Position numbers and translations under genes: made by a program
The notes under the pieces: model-generated
Seen by the model: the letters and a program-made list of their open reading frames with translations, nothing else
Told to the model about the DNA's origin: nothing
Database searches by the model: none
Part shown: one piece after another, positions 1 through 10,158 of the stretch
Numbering within the stretch: the first letter of the stretch is position 1
How the letters are laid out: the number at the start of each line of letters is the position of its first letter
Source of the DNA: an uncultured Actinomycetes bacterium
GTDB lineage: Bacteria > Actinomycetota > Acidimicrobiia > Spongiisociales > DATADW01
Direction of reading: 5' to 3'
Length of the DNA: 64,000 nucleotides
Assembly: GCA_963824995.1 (NCBI GenBank)
Contig: CAWGRK010000006.1
Location: 380,273 to 444,272 of the forward strand

Positions 1-114
1 GAGAGCCGACCCGAGGGCGTCGCCGTCCGGGTTGATGTGGCAGGTGACCGCGAGGCTCGAGGCACCCGCTATCGCCTCCACGGACCTGCGTAGTGCGTTT
101 TCAAGATCCTTCAT
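1..114 (-). CDS. DHH family phosphoesterase (NrnA-like), 5' part only, runs off window edge
   Basis: Manual translation MKDLENALRRSVEAIAGASSLAVTCHINPDGDALGSAL contains the DHH motif I H-x-x-PDGDALGS; usual position after rbfA. Confidence 0.85.
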   Translation of the reverse strand, partial: MKDLENALRRSVEAIAGASSLAVTCHINPDGDALGSAL

Positions 115-472
115 CGTCACCGTCCTCCAACTGGCGCAGGAGCGCTGACAGCCGCTCCCCTTCGTCGGCCCGCTCGTCGAACCTGAACGCGATCCGTGGG
201 GTGAACTTGAGCCGCACCGCACGACCCATCGCCCTCTGCACCCTGGGGGTTGCCGCGGCGAGTGCCTTGGCGGTCTCGATCCGCTGTTGGTCGTCGCCGA
301 GCACCGTATAGCTGACGATGGCATTCTTCAGATCGGGTGACGTGTCCACCGCAGTGATGGTGACGAACCCGAGGCGGGGGTCCTTGAGCACCCCGACCTC
401 GGCGGCGATCACCTTGTGGAGGGATGCGTTCACCCGGCGCATCCACGATCCGGCTTCGGCGGCACCCATCAA
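101..472 (-). CDS. rbfA: Ribosome-binding factor A
   Basis: LKDPRLGFVTITAVDTSPDL and LKFTPRIAF motifs; follows infB-DUF503. Confidence 0.95.
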   Translation of the reverse strand: MMGAAEAGSWMRRVNASLHKVIAAEVGVLKDPRLGFVTITAVDTSPDLKNAIVSYTVLGDDQQRIETAKALAAATPRVQRAMGRAVRLKFTPRIAFRFDERADEGERLSALLRQLEDGDDEGS

Positions 473-762
473 CGCGGGTCCTCGAGATGGCTCACCCCGA
501 CTTCGAGCACCTCGACCTCGGGAACACGCTCGATGAATCGGCGTACTGAATGCACCTGCCGGTCGAGATGGCCCGCCCGACTGGAGACCAAGGCCACTCC
601 GAGCGTCGACCGCTTCCAGAGGTCCTGGTGGCCCACCTCGGCGACGGCAACGCCGAAGGTGGACCGGAGTGCCGAGATCAACGGCTTGATGACGCTTCTC
701 TTGCTCTTGAGCGAACGCACCTCTGGGAGCCGCAACTCGAATCGGACCAACGCGGCGTGCAC
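469..762 (-). CDS. DUF503 (YlxP-like) protein
   Basis: SLKSKRSVIKPL and VAVAEVGHQDLW; lies between infB and rbfA. Confidence 0.9.
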   Translation of the reverse strand: MHAALVRFELRLPEVRSLKSKRSVIKPLISALRSTFGVAVAEVGHQDLWKRSTLGVALVSSRAGHLDRQVHSVRRFIERVPEVEVLEVGVSHLEDPR

Positions 763-781
763 GAGAGGAGGCCTCCCCGTC

Positions 782-2803
782 TCAGGTGCGTGGGACCTCG
801 CGGACCTCGTAAACCTCGATCACGTCCCCCTCCTTGATGTCGTTGAATGCGGCGAGTCCGATGCCACACTCGAACCCGGCCGCCACTTGGCGCACGTCCT
901 CTTTGAAACGACGCAACGAGCCAACCGACCCGTCGTAGACGACGACACCGTCGCGGATCAGCCTGGAGCGCGCACCGCGCAGGATCTCCCCCTCTGTGAC
1001 ATAACACCCGGCGACGACTCCGAGCCGGGGTACGCGGAAGAGCGCCCTCACCTCCGCAGAGCCACGAACGAGTTCTTCTTCGGTCGGTGCCAGCCTGCCG
1101 ACCAGCATCTGCTCCACCTCGGTGAGCAACTCGTAGATGATCCTGTAGGTCCGGATCTCGATGCCGGTCTGCTCGGCGAGCTTGCGAGCCTTGGCGTCTG
1201 GCCGGACGGCGAACCCGATCACGATGGCATCGGTAACCTCGGCCAGCTTGACATCCTGTTCGGTGATCCCGCCGACGGCTGTGTGCATCAACGTGATGCG
1301 GCCTCCTTCGCGCTCGATCCGTGCGAGGGAGTCGCGGATGGCCTCCAGTGACCCGTGGGCGTCGGCCTTGACGATGAGCCGCAACTCGGCCTCGTCACTG
1401 GTGCGAAGCTGTTCGAGCAGTTGCTCGAGTCGCTCCCTTGCGTTGGGAACCTCGACATGGCTCTGACGCAGTTGGTCGGATCGCTGTTGGGCGACCGCCC
1501 GTGCCTCCTTCTCGTTGCTCACGACCTCGAAGCGGTCGCCTGCGGCGGGTAGCTCGTCCCACCCCATGATGAGCACAGGTCTCGAAGGAGCCGCATCCTT
1601 CAACCGGCCACCGGTGTCGTCGAGCATCGCCCGCACCCGGCCCGCCGCCGTGCCCGCCACCACCGCATCGGATTGATGCAGCGTGCCCCGCTGGACGATC
1701 ACCGTCGCAACCGGCCCCATACCCGTATCGAGCTGGGACTCGATGACCACGCCCGAGGCCTCTACGTCTGGGTTCGCCTTGAGGTCTTCGAGCTGAGCGG
1801 TGAGATCGAGCACCTCGATGAGCTCGTCAACACCATCGCCTGTGAGGGCCGAGACCTCGACTGTGGTCACGTCGCCACCGAGTTCCTCGGCGACCACACC
1901 GAACTCGGTCAGCGCGGCTCGCACGGCAGTCGGGTTGGCGGTAGCAAGATCCGACTTGTTGATGGCGACGATCATCGGGACGCCCGCCGCCTTGGTGTGG
2001 CTGATGGCCTCAGCGGTCTGCGGCATCACACCGTCGTCCGCCGCCACCACCAGGACCACGATGTCGGTGGCCTCGGCACCTCGCGCCCTGAGAGCGGTGA
2101 ACGCCTCGTGGCCCGGGGTGTCGAGGAACGTGACTCTCCGCCCACCGACCTCGACCTGGTATGCACCGATGTGTTGGGTGATGCCCCCGTGCTCACCCCC
2201 GACCACGTTGGTCTTCCGAATCGTGTCGAGAAGGGTGGTCTTACCGTGATCGACGTGACCCATCACCGTGACCACCGGAGGCCGGGGACGAAGCGAGGCC
2301 TCATCGTCTTCGTACGCGGGTTTGGCGGGTGCGAACTCGGGCGTGGGCTCTTCCGCAGCGACCTTCTCGAGGCGAACCCCGAACTGCTCGGCGATCAGGT
2401 CGAGAGCCTCGGTGGGGATGGGGCTGTTGGCGGGCACCAACTCGCCCATCTGGAGCAACGCCTTGACCACGTCGCCCGTCTCCACCCCGACCCGCTCGGC
2501 CAACCCGGTGGGCGTGACGTTCGATGGCACCTCGACCACACGGACCTCAACAGAGTCGTCCGCGAGGGGAGCCGGCTCGTCGACCGCGTCCTCCGGTTCT
2601 GGGCTCTCCGCTTGGGGTTCAGTCTCCGCTTCTTCGGGAGCCTTCTCCTCTTCGTGGGCCAACCGGATGAGGTCCGCTGCCTCGTCCTCGAGACTGGATG
2701 AGGCGGTCTTCACCTCCACGCCCAAGGCGTGGGCGCGCTCCAGTACGTCCCTCGATTCCAAGCCGAGTTCCTTGGCCAACTCGTAGACCCTGATCTTCGC
2801 CAC
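782..2803 (-). CDS. infB: Translation initiation factor IF-2
   Basis: N-terminal [39 protein letters not shown]. Confidence 0.98.
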   Translation of the reverse strand: MAKIRVYELAKELGLESRDVLERAHALGVEVKTASSSLEDEAADLIRLAHEEEKAPEEAETEPQAESPEPEDAVDEPAPLADDSVEVRVVEVPSNVTPTGLAERVGVETGDVVKALLQMGELVPANSPIPTEALDLIAEQFGVRLEKVAAEEPTPEFAPAKPAYEDDEASLRPRPPVVTVMGHVDHGKTTLLDTIRKTNVVGGEHGGITQHIGAYQVEVGGRRVTFLDTPGHEAFTALRARGAEATDIVVLVVAADDGVMPQTAEAISHTKAAGVPMIVAINKSDLATANPTAVRAALTEFGVVAEELGGDVTTVEVSALTGDGVDELIEVLDLTAQLEDLKANPDVEASGVVIESQLDTGMGPVATVIVQRGTLHQSDAVVAGTAAGRVRAMLDDTGGRLKDAAPSRPVLIMGWDELPAAGDRFEVVSNEKEARAVAQQRSDQLRQSHVEVPNARERLEQLLEQLRTSDEAELRLIVKADAHGSLEAIRDSLARIEREGGRITLMHTAVGGITEQDVKLAEVTDAIVIGFAVRPDAKARKLAEQTGIEIRTYRIIYELLTEVEQMLVGRLAPTEEELVRGSAEVRALFRVPRLGVVAGCYVTEGEILRGARSRLIRDGVVVYDGSVGSLRRFKEDVRQVAAGFECGIGLAAFNDIKEGDVIEVYEVREVPRT

Positions 2804-2880
2804 GCTCTCTCACCGACTCCTGTCGTTGACTAGTCGCAAACTCACAAACCGTGACGGCACCCTTCTTACGGCGCCCGCCT

Positions 2881-4207
2881 CTACTCCTCTGCCGCCGCCT
2901 CTTCGCCGGCAGCGTTGGCCACCGCGTTGGCGCCGACCACCTCTTCGACCAGCTCGTCTTCGGCGATCTCCGATGCAGTGTCCCCCACCTCGGCACTCGT
3001 CTCCACGGCCGGCTCCTCGGCGGTCTCCGCAGCCGGCGTTTCCACCGTGTCCGCGGCCGGCTCCTCGGCGGTCTCCGCAGCCGGGCGTTTCCACCGTGTC
3101 CGCGGCCGGCTCCTCGGCGGTCTCCGCAGCCGGTTGCTCCACCTGCTCAGCGGTGACAGCGTTCTCACCCTCGCCGGTGGCGACTGCAGCTCTCTCCCCA
3201 ACCGTTGGCTCGTCCGGTCTCCCGACGGTACCGCTTGCCTCCTCGCTCTCGGAGCGGATGTCGACCCGGTATCCGGTGAGCCGGGCGGCCAGTCGGGCGT
3301 TCTGGCCCTCCCGCCCGATAGCAAGCGAAAGCTGATGGTCGCTGACGACCACGACCGCGGCCCTTGCCTCCTCGTCGATCCGAACCTCTCTGACCTTTGC
3401 CGGTCCCAAAGCCTCGGCGATGAGTTGGCCCGGGTCCTCGCGCCACTGGACGACGTCTACTTTCTCGGTGCGCAACTCGTTGACCACTTGACGCACTCTC
3501 GAGCCGCGCGCCCCGACGCAGGCGCCCTTCGGGTCCACGTTCGGCTCGTTCGAGGCGACTGCGATCTTGGTGCGATGACCCGGCTCGCGGGCGATCGCCT
3601 TGATCTCGACCGTCCCGTCGAGGAGCTCGGGAACCTCGAGTTCGAGCAGCCTGCGGACGAGGTCCGGATGGCTCCGGCTGACCACGATCTGCGGGCCCTT
3701 CACGTCACGCCGCACCTCGAGTATCAGCGCCTTCACCCGATTGCCCCGCTCCAGTCTCTCGTAAGGGATCCGCTCCGACCCCGGCATGAGAGCCTCCGCA
3801 TCCCCCAGATCGAGGATGGTGAACCTGTGGTCGACCTGCTGGACGATCCCGGTCACGAGGTCGCCTTCTCTGCCCTCGTAGACATCGAAGACCTGCTCGC
3901 GCTTCACCTCGCGCAGCCTCTGGGCGATCACCTGCTTCGCCGTCTGGGCCGCGATACGGCCGAAATCCTCGGGTGTGTCCTCCCATTCCTGGATGACGTT
4001 GCCGTCCTCGTCCAGTTCTTGGGCATAGACCCTGATGTCACCGCTCTCCGGGTCGATCGTGACCCTCGCCTCCTCGGCGGCGCCCGGGCTCCGCTTGTAC
4101 GCGGAAACCAACGCGTTGGCCAGGGCGTCGAGGATGGTATCGACGTCGACGCCGCGCTCCCGTGCGAGGACATCGAGCGCTTCCATGACCTGCTGGTCCA
4201 TCCTCAT
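2881..4207 (-). CDS. nusA: Transcription factor NusA with acidic repetitive C-terminal tail (1-nt indel near 3085)
   Basis: FGRIAAQTAKQV, AREPGHRTKIAV, LAIGREGQNARLA; ATG at 4207 overlaps rimP stop; tail continues in ORF 2881..3324 frame. Confidence 0.95.
3008..3134. repeat. 48-bp tandem repeat (about 2.6 copies) encoding PAAETAEEPAADTVET in the nusA tail
   Basis: gccggctcctcggcggtctccgcagccgg occurs three times; one copy has an extra G. Confidence 0.85.
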
Positions 4208-4728
4208 GGGGTCACCTTCCTGGTCCTGGGCGACCCGGGTTGGGGCGTCGGCTCCCAGCGGAACACGGTCCTGGCGGAAGTGACCGCCTCGTATGGCAAG
4301 GACCGGGGGACGCCGTCGACCTCGACCACAGCGCAATCACCCTCAGTGCCCACCAGCAAGCCCTGATGGCTGGTATAGCCGTCCACTGGCGAAGAGGTCT
4401 TGACCACCACTTCACGGCCCAATGACTTTTCGTAGTGCTGCGGTCGGCGCAAGGTGCGTTCCACGCCGGGTGAAGTCACCTCGAGCCGGTACGGCGTCTG
4501 CAGCGCGGGGAGCGGGTCTAGGAGTCTTGACAAACCCCTCGACACATCCGACAACCGACCGAGGTCGACGCCGCCCTCGGCGTCGACGATGACGCGCAAC
4601 ACCCGGCTGCCGCCACTGCCGCGAAGCTCGAGATCGTCCAACTCGAGGTCCTCGGCGGCGAGGTAATCGGCAACCGTCCGCCAGACGGCGTCGCTGCGTG
4701 GATCGGTCTTCACTTCGTCCATTTCCAT
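4204..4728 (-). CDS. rimP: Ribosome maturation factor RimP
   Basis: YRLEVTSPGVERTLR motif; directly upstream of nusA; start codon choice approximate. Confidence 0.92.
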   Translation of the reverse strand: MEMDEVKTDPRSDAVWRTVADYLAAEDLELDDLELRGSGGSRVLRVIVDAEGGVDLGRLSDVSRGLSRLLDPLPALQTPYRLEVTSPGVERTLRRPQHYEKSLGREVVVKTSSPVDGYTSHQGLLVGTEGDCAVVEVDGVPRSLPYEAVTSARTVFRWEPTPQPGSPRTRKVTP

Positions 4729-4752
4729 TGCGTTCGTGACGGTCCCGACATG

Positions 4753-4778
4753 AAAAAAGCGGGCGGGGCGCCCACTTT
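4753..4778 (-). terminator. rimP-leader hairpin/attenuator
   Basis: Minus strand AAAGTGGGCG-CCC-CGCCCGCTTT-TTT: 10-bp stem (one G-U) with U-tract, 25 nt before rimP. Confidence 0.75.
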
Positions 4779-4806
4779 GGCCAAGCGTCCGTCGGTTGCG
4801 GTCAAA

Positions 4807-4812
4807 AGTATA
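4807..4812 (-). promoter_or_regulatory. -10 box TATACT for the rimP-nusA-infB operon
   Basis: Near-consensus hexamer just upstream of the leader hairpin. Confidence 0.6.
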
Positions 4813-4843
4813 CGCCGCAATCCGCCTGTTGGCGCCCGCTCCC

Positions 4844-5881
4844 TCAGCCAGCGTCGAACAAACGGACCACCAGTCCGGCCAGCGGCTTCGGCGTCGCATA
4901 GGTCGTCTTGGCGGGGAGCGTTTCCCCGCCGTCGGCTACCGAGAGCACGTCTTCGATGGACGGAGGGGCCAGGGCGAACCCGGCGAGCACGCCTTGTTTT
5001 GCGAGGGCATGGAGTCCGGCGGTGGCCGGAACCGGCTCCACCCGGCCGGTGACACAGTCCTCGCCCACTCCGAAGAGCGGGCCGAGAACGAAGTGGTGCA
5101 AACGGGGGGCATCGAGGCGCATCACCCGGCTCCCTCCATCGGCTGGCACAGGCAGCGGAAGCGTGTACCAGGAGCCGTCGATGACAACCGTCACTTCGCC
5201 CGATCGGGGGCCTACCGGTTCCGATGGACGCAAACCCATCCGTCCCAACGCTTCGATCAGCGCCGCCGGGTGCTCATCGCCAAAAACGACACGGTTGAAG
5301 GAAGAGAGCCGCAACTGGCCGGTGGGGACTATCAGGGCGAGGAAACCGGTGCCCCGCTCCGAGGCGGCGGCGACACGGTGGTGGCCGTCGACGATGTAGA
5401 GCGCACCGGAGAGGAGGTCCCCCACACCTGGATCCACCGCCCAGAGCCTCTCGCTTGCCCCACCGATCTCGGCCTCGACCAGTGGTGAGCCCGAGATGAC
5501 ATCGGTCACACTGTCGACAAGCGCCTGGCTGCTTCTGTGAGCCAGCGTGACGGGCACGGTCTCGGCGCCGATCTCTCCGAGGTGACGAGCCAGCGATGCC
5601 ACCCGATCGGCCAAAACCCGCTCGTGGGGCCTTACCTCGTGACCGGCTGATACCACGGCCAGCAGGCCGGTGACCACATGCCCGCCGGCGGAGATCTCGG
5701 CGGCAAACAGCTCGCGGTTCGGTCGGTGAACAAGCAGACCATCGGCGATGAGCCGGTCGAGGGTGGCGCGTGCCGCTCCCGGCGGGAGGTGGGAGACCGC
5801 CGCCTCATCGGTCCAGTCGACCGTGGAAAGGACCGACACTGCAGCGGGCGTGGCGAGGTGCGCCTCGAAGGGAGTGATCAC
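4844..5881 (-). CDS. DUF1015 family protein
   Basis: YIVDGHHRVAAA and C-terminal PAKTTYATPKPLAGLVV; GTGA-coupled to serC. Confidence 0.8.
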   Translation of the reverse strand: MITPFEAHLATPAAVSVLSTVDWTDEAAVSHLPPGAARATLDRLIADGLLVHRPNRELFAAEISAGGHVVTGLLAVVSAGHEVRPHERVLADRVASLARHLGEIGAETVPVTLAHRSSQALVDSVTDVISGSPLVEAEIGGASERLWAVDPGVGDLLSGALYIVDGHHRVAAASERGTGFLALIVPTGQLRLSSFNRVVFGDEHPAALIEALGRMGLRPSEPVGPRSGEVTVVIDGSWYTLPLPVPADGGSRVMRLDAPRLHHFVLGPLFGVGEDCVTGRVEPVPATAGLHALAKQGVLAGFALAPPSIEDVLSVADGGETLPAKTTYATPKPLAGLVVRLFDAG

Positions 5882-6966
5882 GCCGTGTCGGCGCCCGCCC
5901 TGAACTCCTCCATCCATTCGACCAGGAGCTCGGCGGCCTCCACCGGGAGAGCGTTGTAGAGGCTGGCGCGAACGCCACCGACGCTGCGATGACCGGCAAG
6001 GCCGACGATGCCTCTCTCGGCGGCGCCGGCGACGAATCTCTTGTCCTGTTCGACGGTAGGCAGCCGGAAGACTACGTTCATCAGCGACCGCGCATCCGCA
6101 GAGACCGGGCCGTGAAAGAAGCCGTCGCTTCGGTCGATTGCCCCGTACACCAATTCGGCACGTCGGTGGGCACGCTGCTCCATCTCGGCGATACCACCCT
6201 GACGCTCGATCCAGGCGAGCACCAGGCCGGTGAGCCAGACCGCGGCGACCGGTGGAGTGTTGGCGAGCGATGACGCCGCCGCATGTGTGTCATACCGCAG
6301 GGCCGAGCCCAGGTCGTCGGGGATCGCCTCGAGCACCCGTCGGCGCACGAAGACCACGGTCACACCGGCCGGCCCAAGATTCTTCTGCGCCCCTCCATAG
6401 ACGAGATCGAAGAGGTCCCATGGAATGGGACGCGACATGTAGTCCGAGGACATATCCGCTACCAGCGGCACACCAATTTCAGGGAAGGTGGACCATTGGA
6501 CCCCGTCGATCGTCTCGTTCGACGTGATGTGGATGTAGCGGGTACCCGGATCGACGGCGAGGTCAGCCATGTCAGGCAGCGTCCACGGCTCGGAACCCTG
6601 CTCCCATACGGCGGTCACATCCCCATGACGCCAGGCGTCGGCGATCGCTTTTCGGCTCCACGACCCAGTGAGGACATAGCCGGCGCGCTCCCCGCTCCCC
6701 AAAAGGTTCATCGGGACCATCGTGAACTGGAGGGTCGCCCCACCCTGGAGAAGGAGGATGTCGAAGTCGTCTGGTGCCCCGGTGAGACGTCGTGCCGTCG
6801 AGATCGTCTCGTGGTGCACCTTCTCGTAGACGTCGCCCCGATGGCTCATCTCGAGCAGCGACATCCCAGTGCCGCCGTAGTCGACCAACCCGGCCTGAGC
6901 CTCTTCCAGAACCTCGAGAGGCATGACCGCCGGGCCGGGATTGAGGTTGGTCACGCGACGCCCCAT
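5878..6966 (-). CDS. serC: Phosphoserine aminotransferase
   Basis: NLNPGPA, EMSHR, YGGAQKNLGPAG, GHRSVGGVRASLYNA. Confidence 0.95.
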   Translation of the reverse strand: MGRRVTNLNPGPAVMPLEVLEEAQAGLVDYGGTGMSLLEMSHRGDVYEKVHHETISTARRLTGAPDDFDILLLQGGATLQFTMVPMNLLGSGERAGYVLTGSWSRKAIADAWRHGDVTAVWEQGSEPWTLPDMADLAVDPGTRYIHITSNETIDGVQWSTFPEIGVPLVADMSSDYMSRPIPWDLFDLVYGGAQKNLGPAGVTVVFVRRRVLEAIPDDLGSALRYDTHAAASSLANTPPVAAVWLTGLVLAWIERQGGIAEMEQRAHRRAELVYGAIDRSDGFFHGPVSADARSLMNVVFRLPTVEQDKRFVAGAAERGIVGLAGHRSVGGVRASLYNALPVEAAELLVEWMEEFRAGADTA

Positions 6967-6978
6967 GTGGGGAGGATA

Positions 6979-7020
6979 AGACGGCAGACGGCAGACGGCA
7001 GACGGCAGACGGCAGACGGC
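6979..7020. repeat. Heptamer tandem repeat (AGACGGC)x6 in the serC/metY divergent promoter
   Basis: Six perfect copies read directly. Confidence 0.95.
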
Positions 7021-7063
7021 AGCCAAGCACCTTCCACCAGCTGCGAGCCAATAGAGTCTCCGC

Positions 7064-8356
7064 GTGGTCGAGCCCCGGTCTGCCCGCTTCGACACGCTGG
7101 CCATCCATGCCGGCGCATCGCCCGACCCGGCCACCGGCGCCAGATCGGTTCCCATCCACTTGACAACGTCGTACGTCTTCGACGACACCGCCCACGCCGC
7201 CGGGTTGTTCGACCTGGCGCGAGCCGGTCACATCTACACCCGCATGTCCAACCCAACGGTGGCCGTGCTCGAGACCCGGATCGCGGCGCTCGAGGGCGGG
7301 GTGGCGGCGGTTGCTACGGCATCGGGGCAGGCAGCCATCCACCTCGCCATCGCCACTCTCATGGGAGCGGGGGGTCACGTTGTGGCGTCGTCGGCGCTCT
7401 ACGGCGGGACGGTGAACCTCCTCAACCACACACTCCCCCGATTCGGGATCACGGCAACGCTCGTCCATCCCCGCGACCTCGACGCGCTCCGATCCGCCTT
7501 CCGACCCGAGACCCGGTTGCTCATGGTCGAGACCATCGGCAACCCGGGGCTCGAGGTCGCCGACCTGCCTGCCATGGCCGAGATGGCGCACGAGGCGGGC
7601 GTTCCGCTACTCGTCGACAACACCTTCGCCACGCCGGCGCTGTGCCGTCCGATCGATCACGGTGCCGACCTGATCGTCCACTCGGCCACCAAGTGGCTCG
7701 CCGGCCACGGTGCCGTGATCGCCGGCCTCCTGGTTGACGGAGGGACTTTCGACTGGGAAGGCTCTGGCCGGTTTCCAACGCTCACCGATCGATACGAGCC
7801 GTACGGGGTGGTATTCGCCGAAGAGTTCGGCCCCACTGCATTCGCCATGCGAGCCCGAGCCGAAGGGCTGCGGGACTTTGGAGCCTGCATGGACCCTTTG
7901 GTTGCCTGGTTGGTTCTCCAGGGAATCGAGACCCTCACCGCCCGCATGGAACGCCACCAACGGGTCACTGCCAGTGTCGTCGAGTTCCTCGGTGCCCACC
8001 CTGCCGTCGGATGGGTGTCTCATCCCGATCTCGAAGGGCACCCCGACCATGAGGTTGCCACTCGGTTGCTCCCCAACGGGGCAGGGTCGATGGTCGCATT
8101 CGGGGTCAATGGGGGGAGAGAGGCAGGACGCCGCTTCATCGAATCCTGCCGGTTGGCGTCGCACCTGGCCAACGTCGGCGATGTCCGCACCCTGGTCATC
8201 CACCCTGCCAGCACGACCCATCGCCAGATGACCTCCGAGCAACTGGCAGCCGCCGGCATCGGAGAGGACATGGTGCGGCTCTCCGTCGGGTTGGAGGATC
8301 CCGCCGACATTTGCGATGACCTGAACCGGGCATTGCGCGCATCGCAGACGGGATGA
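7064..8356 (+). CDS. metY: O-acetylhomoserine aminocarboxypropyltransferase / sulfhydrylase
   Basis: YTRMSNPT, HSATKW (PLP lysine), HLANVGDVRTLVIHPASTTH. Confidence 0.9.
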   Translation: MVEPRSARFDTLAIHAGASPDPATGARSVPIHLTTSYVFDDTAHAAGLFDLARAGHIYTRMSNPTVAVLETRIAALEGGVAAVATASGQAAIHLAIATLMGAGGHVVASSALYGGTVNLLNHTLPRFGITATLVHPRDLDALRSAFRPETRLLMVETIGNPGLEVADLPAMAEMAHEAGVPLLVDNTFATPALCRPIDHGADLIVHSATKWLAGHGAVIAGLLVDGGTFDWEGSGRFPTLTDRYEPYGVVFAEEFGPTAFAMRARAEGLRDFGACMDPLVAWLVLQGIETLTARMERHQRVTASVVEFLGAHPAVGWVSHPDLEGHPDHEVATRLLPNGAGSMVAFGVNGGREAGRRFIESCRLASHLANVGDVRTLVIHPASTTHRQMTSEQLAAAGIGEDMVRLSVGLEDPADICDDLNRALRASQTG

Positions 8357-9141
8357 GCATCGAGGTCGAGGTAAACGGGATTCCGGTCTTCGCCTCCACC
8401 GGTGGTGGTCAGTTCGATGCGCGTCGGCCCACTGTCGCCCTGCTTCACGGCTCGGGGAACGACCACACCGTCTGGGGATTGCAGGCGAGAGCGCTGGCCG
8501 CCCACGGCCGATCGGTGCTGGCGCTCGACCTGCCCGGCCACGGCCGGTCAGGAGGCGTCGTGCTCGACCGGGTGGAGGCCATTGCCGAATGGCTGCTAAC
8601 GGTGCTCGACGCAGTCGGGGTGCACGAGGTCGCGCTCGTCGGTCACTCGCTGGGAGCTGCCGCTGCCTTGGCGACCGCGGCCACAGCCGGGGAGAGGGTC
8701 ACCGGCCTCGGCCTGGTGGCTGCGGCATCCCTTATGAAGGTCCACCCCCAGCTGATGTCGGCCGCAACCGAGCGCCGTCACCTCGCCCCGGAGCTGATCG
8801 CCGACTGGTCGCACCTCCGCGGTGGCGCCGTCGGCAACCCGGTGCCGGGGCACTGGCCCGCGGGACTCACCCTCCGACTGAATGAACGCTGTCTGGACGG
8901 ACCGTTGGTCGCCGACCTCGAGGCTTCGGACCGCTACCGGGGTGCCCTTGACGCCGCCGCAGCAGTCGCATGTCCGACGGTTGTGGTCCTCGGGATCGAC
9001 GACCGGATGATCCCCATCGCCGGGGGACGGGAACTGGCGGCTGCGATCCCACACGCCACGGTCATCGAGATCGCCGGTGGCCACCAACTGACAGCCGAGC
9101 ACCCCGACGCGGTGACCGCGGCGCTGCTCCTGGTGGCCTGA
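8353..9141 (+). CDS. Alpha/beta hydrolase
   Basis: DLPGHGRS and GHSLG nucleophile elbow; ATGA-coupled to metY. Confidence 0.85.
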   Translation: MSIEVEVNGIPVFASTGGGQFDARRPTVALLHGSGNDHTVWGLQARALAAHGRSVLALDLPGHGRSGGVVLDRVEAIAEWLLTVLDAVGVHEVALVGHSLGAAAALATAATAGERVTGLGLVAAASLMKVHPQLMSAATERRHLAPELIADWSHLRGGAVGNPVPGHWPAGLTLRLNERCLDGPLVADLEASDRYRGALDAAAAVACPTVVVLGIDDRMIPIAGGRELAAAIPHATVIEIAGGHQLTAEHPDAVTAALLLVA

Positions 9142-9142
9142 T

Positions 9143-10144
9143 TCAGCCGAAGGCGAGAACCCGGTCTCCCAGCACACGCACGAAAGCAGCCCCGAAGAGG
9201 AGGATCATCGACAGGTAATAGAAGAAGAGGAGCAGGACCAGTAAGAAACTGGCGGCGCCGTAGATGTTGACGAAGGAAAGCTGATCGAGGAACAGAGCGA
9301 ACAATTGGGTTCCCACCGCTACCAGGGCCGTGGTCAGTGTCGCCCCGGCCAGCACCGCCCGCCATGGTGCTCGATGGGTGGACATGTACTGGAACACGAC
9401 GACGAAAACGATGAGGAGTAGCGCCAGAGCAAGGCTGGCGCTGAGCGCGGCGATGGCTCCCGCCTCCCACTCGTCGGGGAGCCACCTGGCGAGCACGAAA
9501 TCGTCGATGGTCTGGACCACCAGGTTGGCCAGCACCGAGAATGTCACCAGCAACCCGATACCGAGTGCGGCGGCAAAAGCTACGGCGCGCCGCAGCAACA
9601 TCCCAATGAACCCGTTGCGATGCCTGCGAGCCGCTTCGAAGATGTCGTCGAGCGACATCTGCACATGGATGAACACCGATGATGCGCCGAAGAAGAGGGC
9701 GACACCGCTCACCACACCGGCGATGGTCGTCGCGTTCGGTCGAGTCACTGCCTCGAGCAACTCACCGACGGCATCGGCCACCATCGGGCTGACGAACTCA
9801 CCGAGACGCTCGACGATGATCTCGTTGGCGTCGCTCGAGCGGAGGACGCTCCCGGCGATGAGCACGGCGACGATCAGAAGCGGGGCGAAGGAGAAGATCC
9901 CGAAGTAGGCGATGGCGCCGGCCATCCGCGAGGCGTTCTTCTGGGCGAAGGTGTCGATGACCTCCTTGATGAAGAATGGGAAGCGCCGTAGGGGGCCCGA
10001 GGTGGGCGGCGGAACCACCATGTCTTGCGCACCCATCTCGTCGATGAGGGCTTTCAGGCGGGTGACGAATCCGGGCGGCTCCGCAGGTTCGGAGGAGGGA
10101 GGATCCGTCCGCTCCGCCTCTTTGACCTGCTCCGGAGCGCTCAC
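9143..10144 (-). CDS. YihY/BrkB family membrane protein
   Basis: AGAIAYFGIFSFAPLL, IYGAA, several TM segments. Confidence 0.85.
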   Translation of the reverse strand: MSAPEQVKEAERTDPPSSEPAEPPGFVTRLKALIDEMGAQDMVVPPPTSGPLRRFPFFIKEVIDTFAQKNASRMAGAIAYFGIFSFAPLLIVAVLIAGSVLRSSDANEIIVERLGEFVSPMVADAVGELLEAVTRPNATTIAGVVSGVALFFGASSVFIHVQMSLDDIFEAARRHRNGFIGMLLRRAVAFAAALGIGLLVTFSVLANLVVQTIDDFVLARWLPDEWEAGAIAALSASLALALLLIVFVVVFQYMSTHRAPWRAVLAGATLTTALVAVGTQLFALFLDQLSFVNIYGAASFLLVLLLFFYYLSMILLFGAAFVRVLGDRVLAFG

Positions 10145-10158
10145 CGGCGGATGCTAGG

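Noticed and set aside
416..4366. Long plus-strand ORFs antisense to infB and nusA (also 14457..15755, 19940..21256, 52710..54398 and others)
   Set aside because: Shadow ORFs expected from high-GC codon bias; no recognisable motifs
6979..7020. N-terminal serC extension (LPSAVCR repeats) shown in the ORF track
   Set aside because: It is translation through the heptamer repeat; serC homology and a leaderless promoter put the start at 6966. The same applies to ORF 56083..57018
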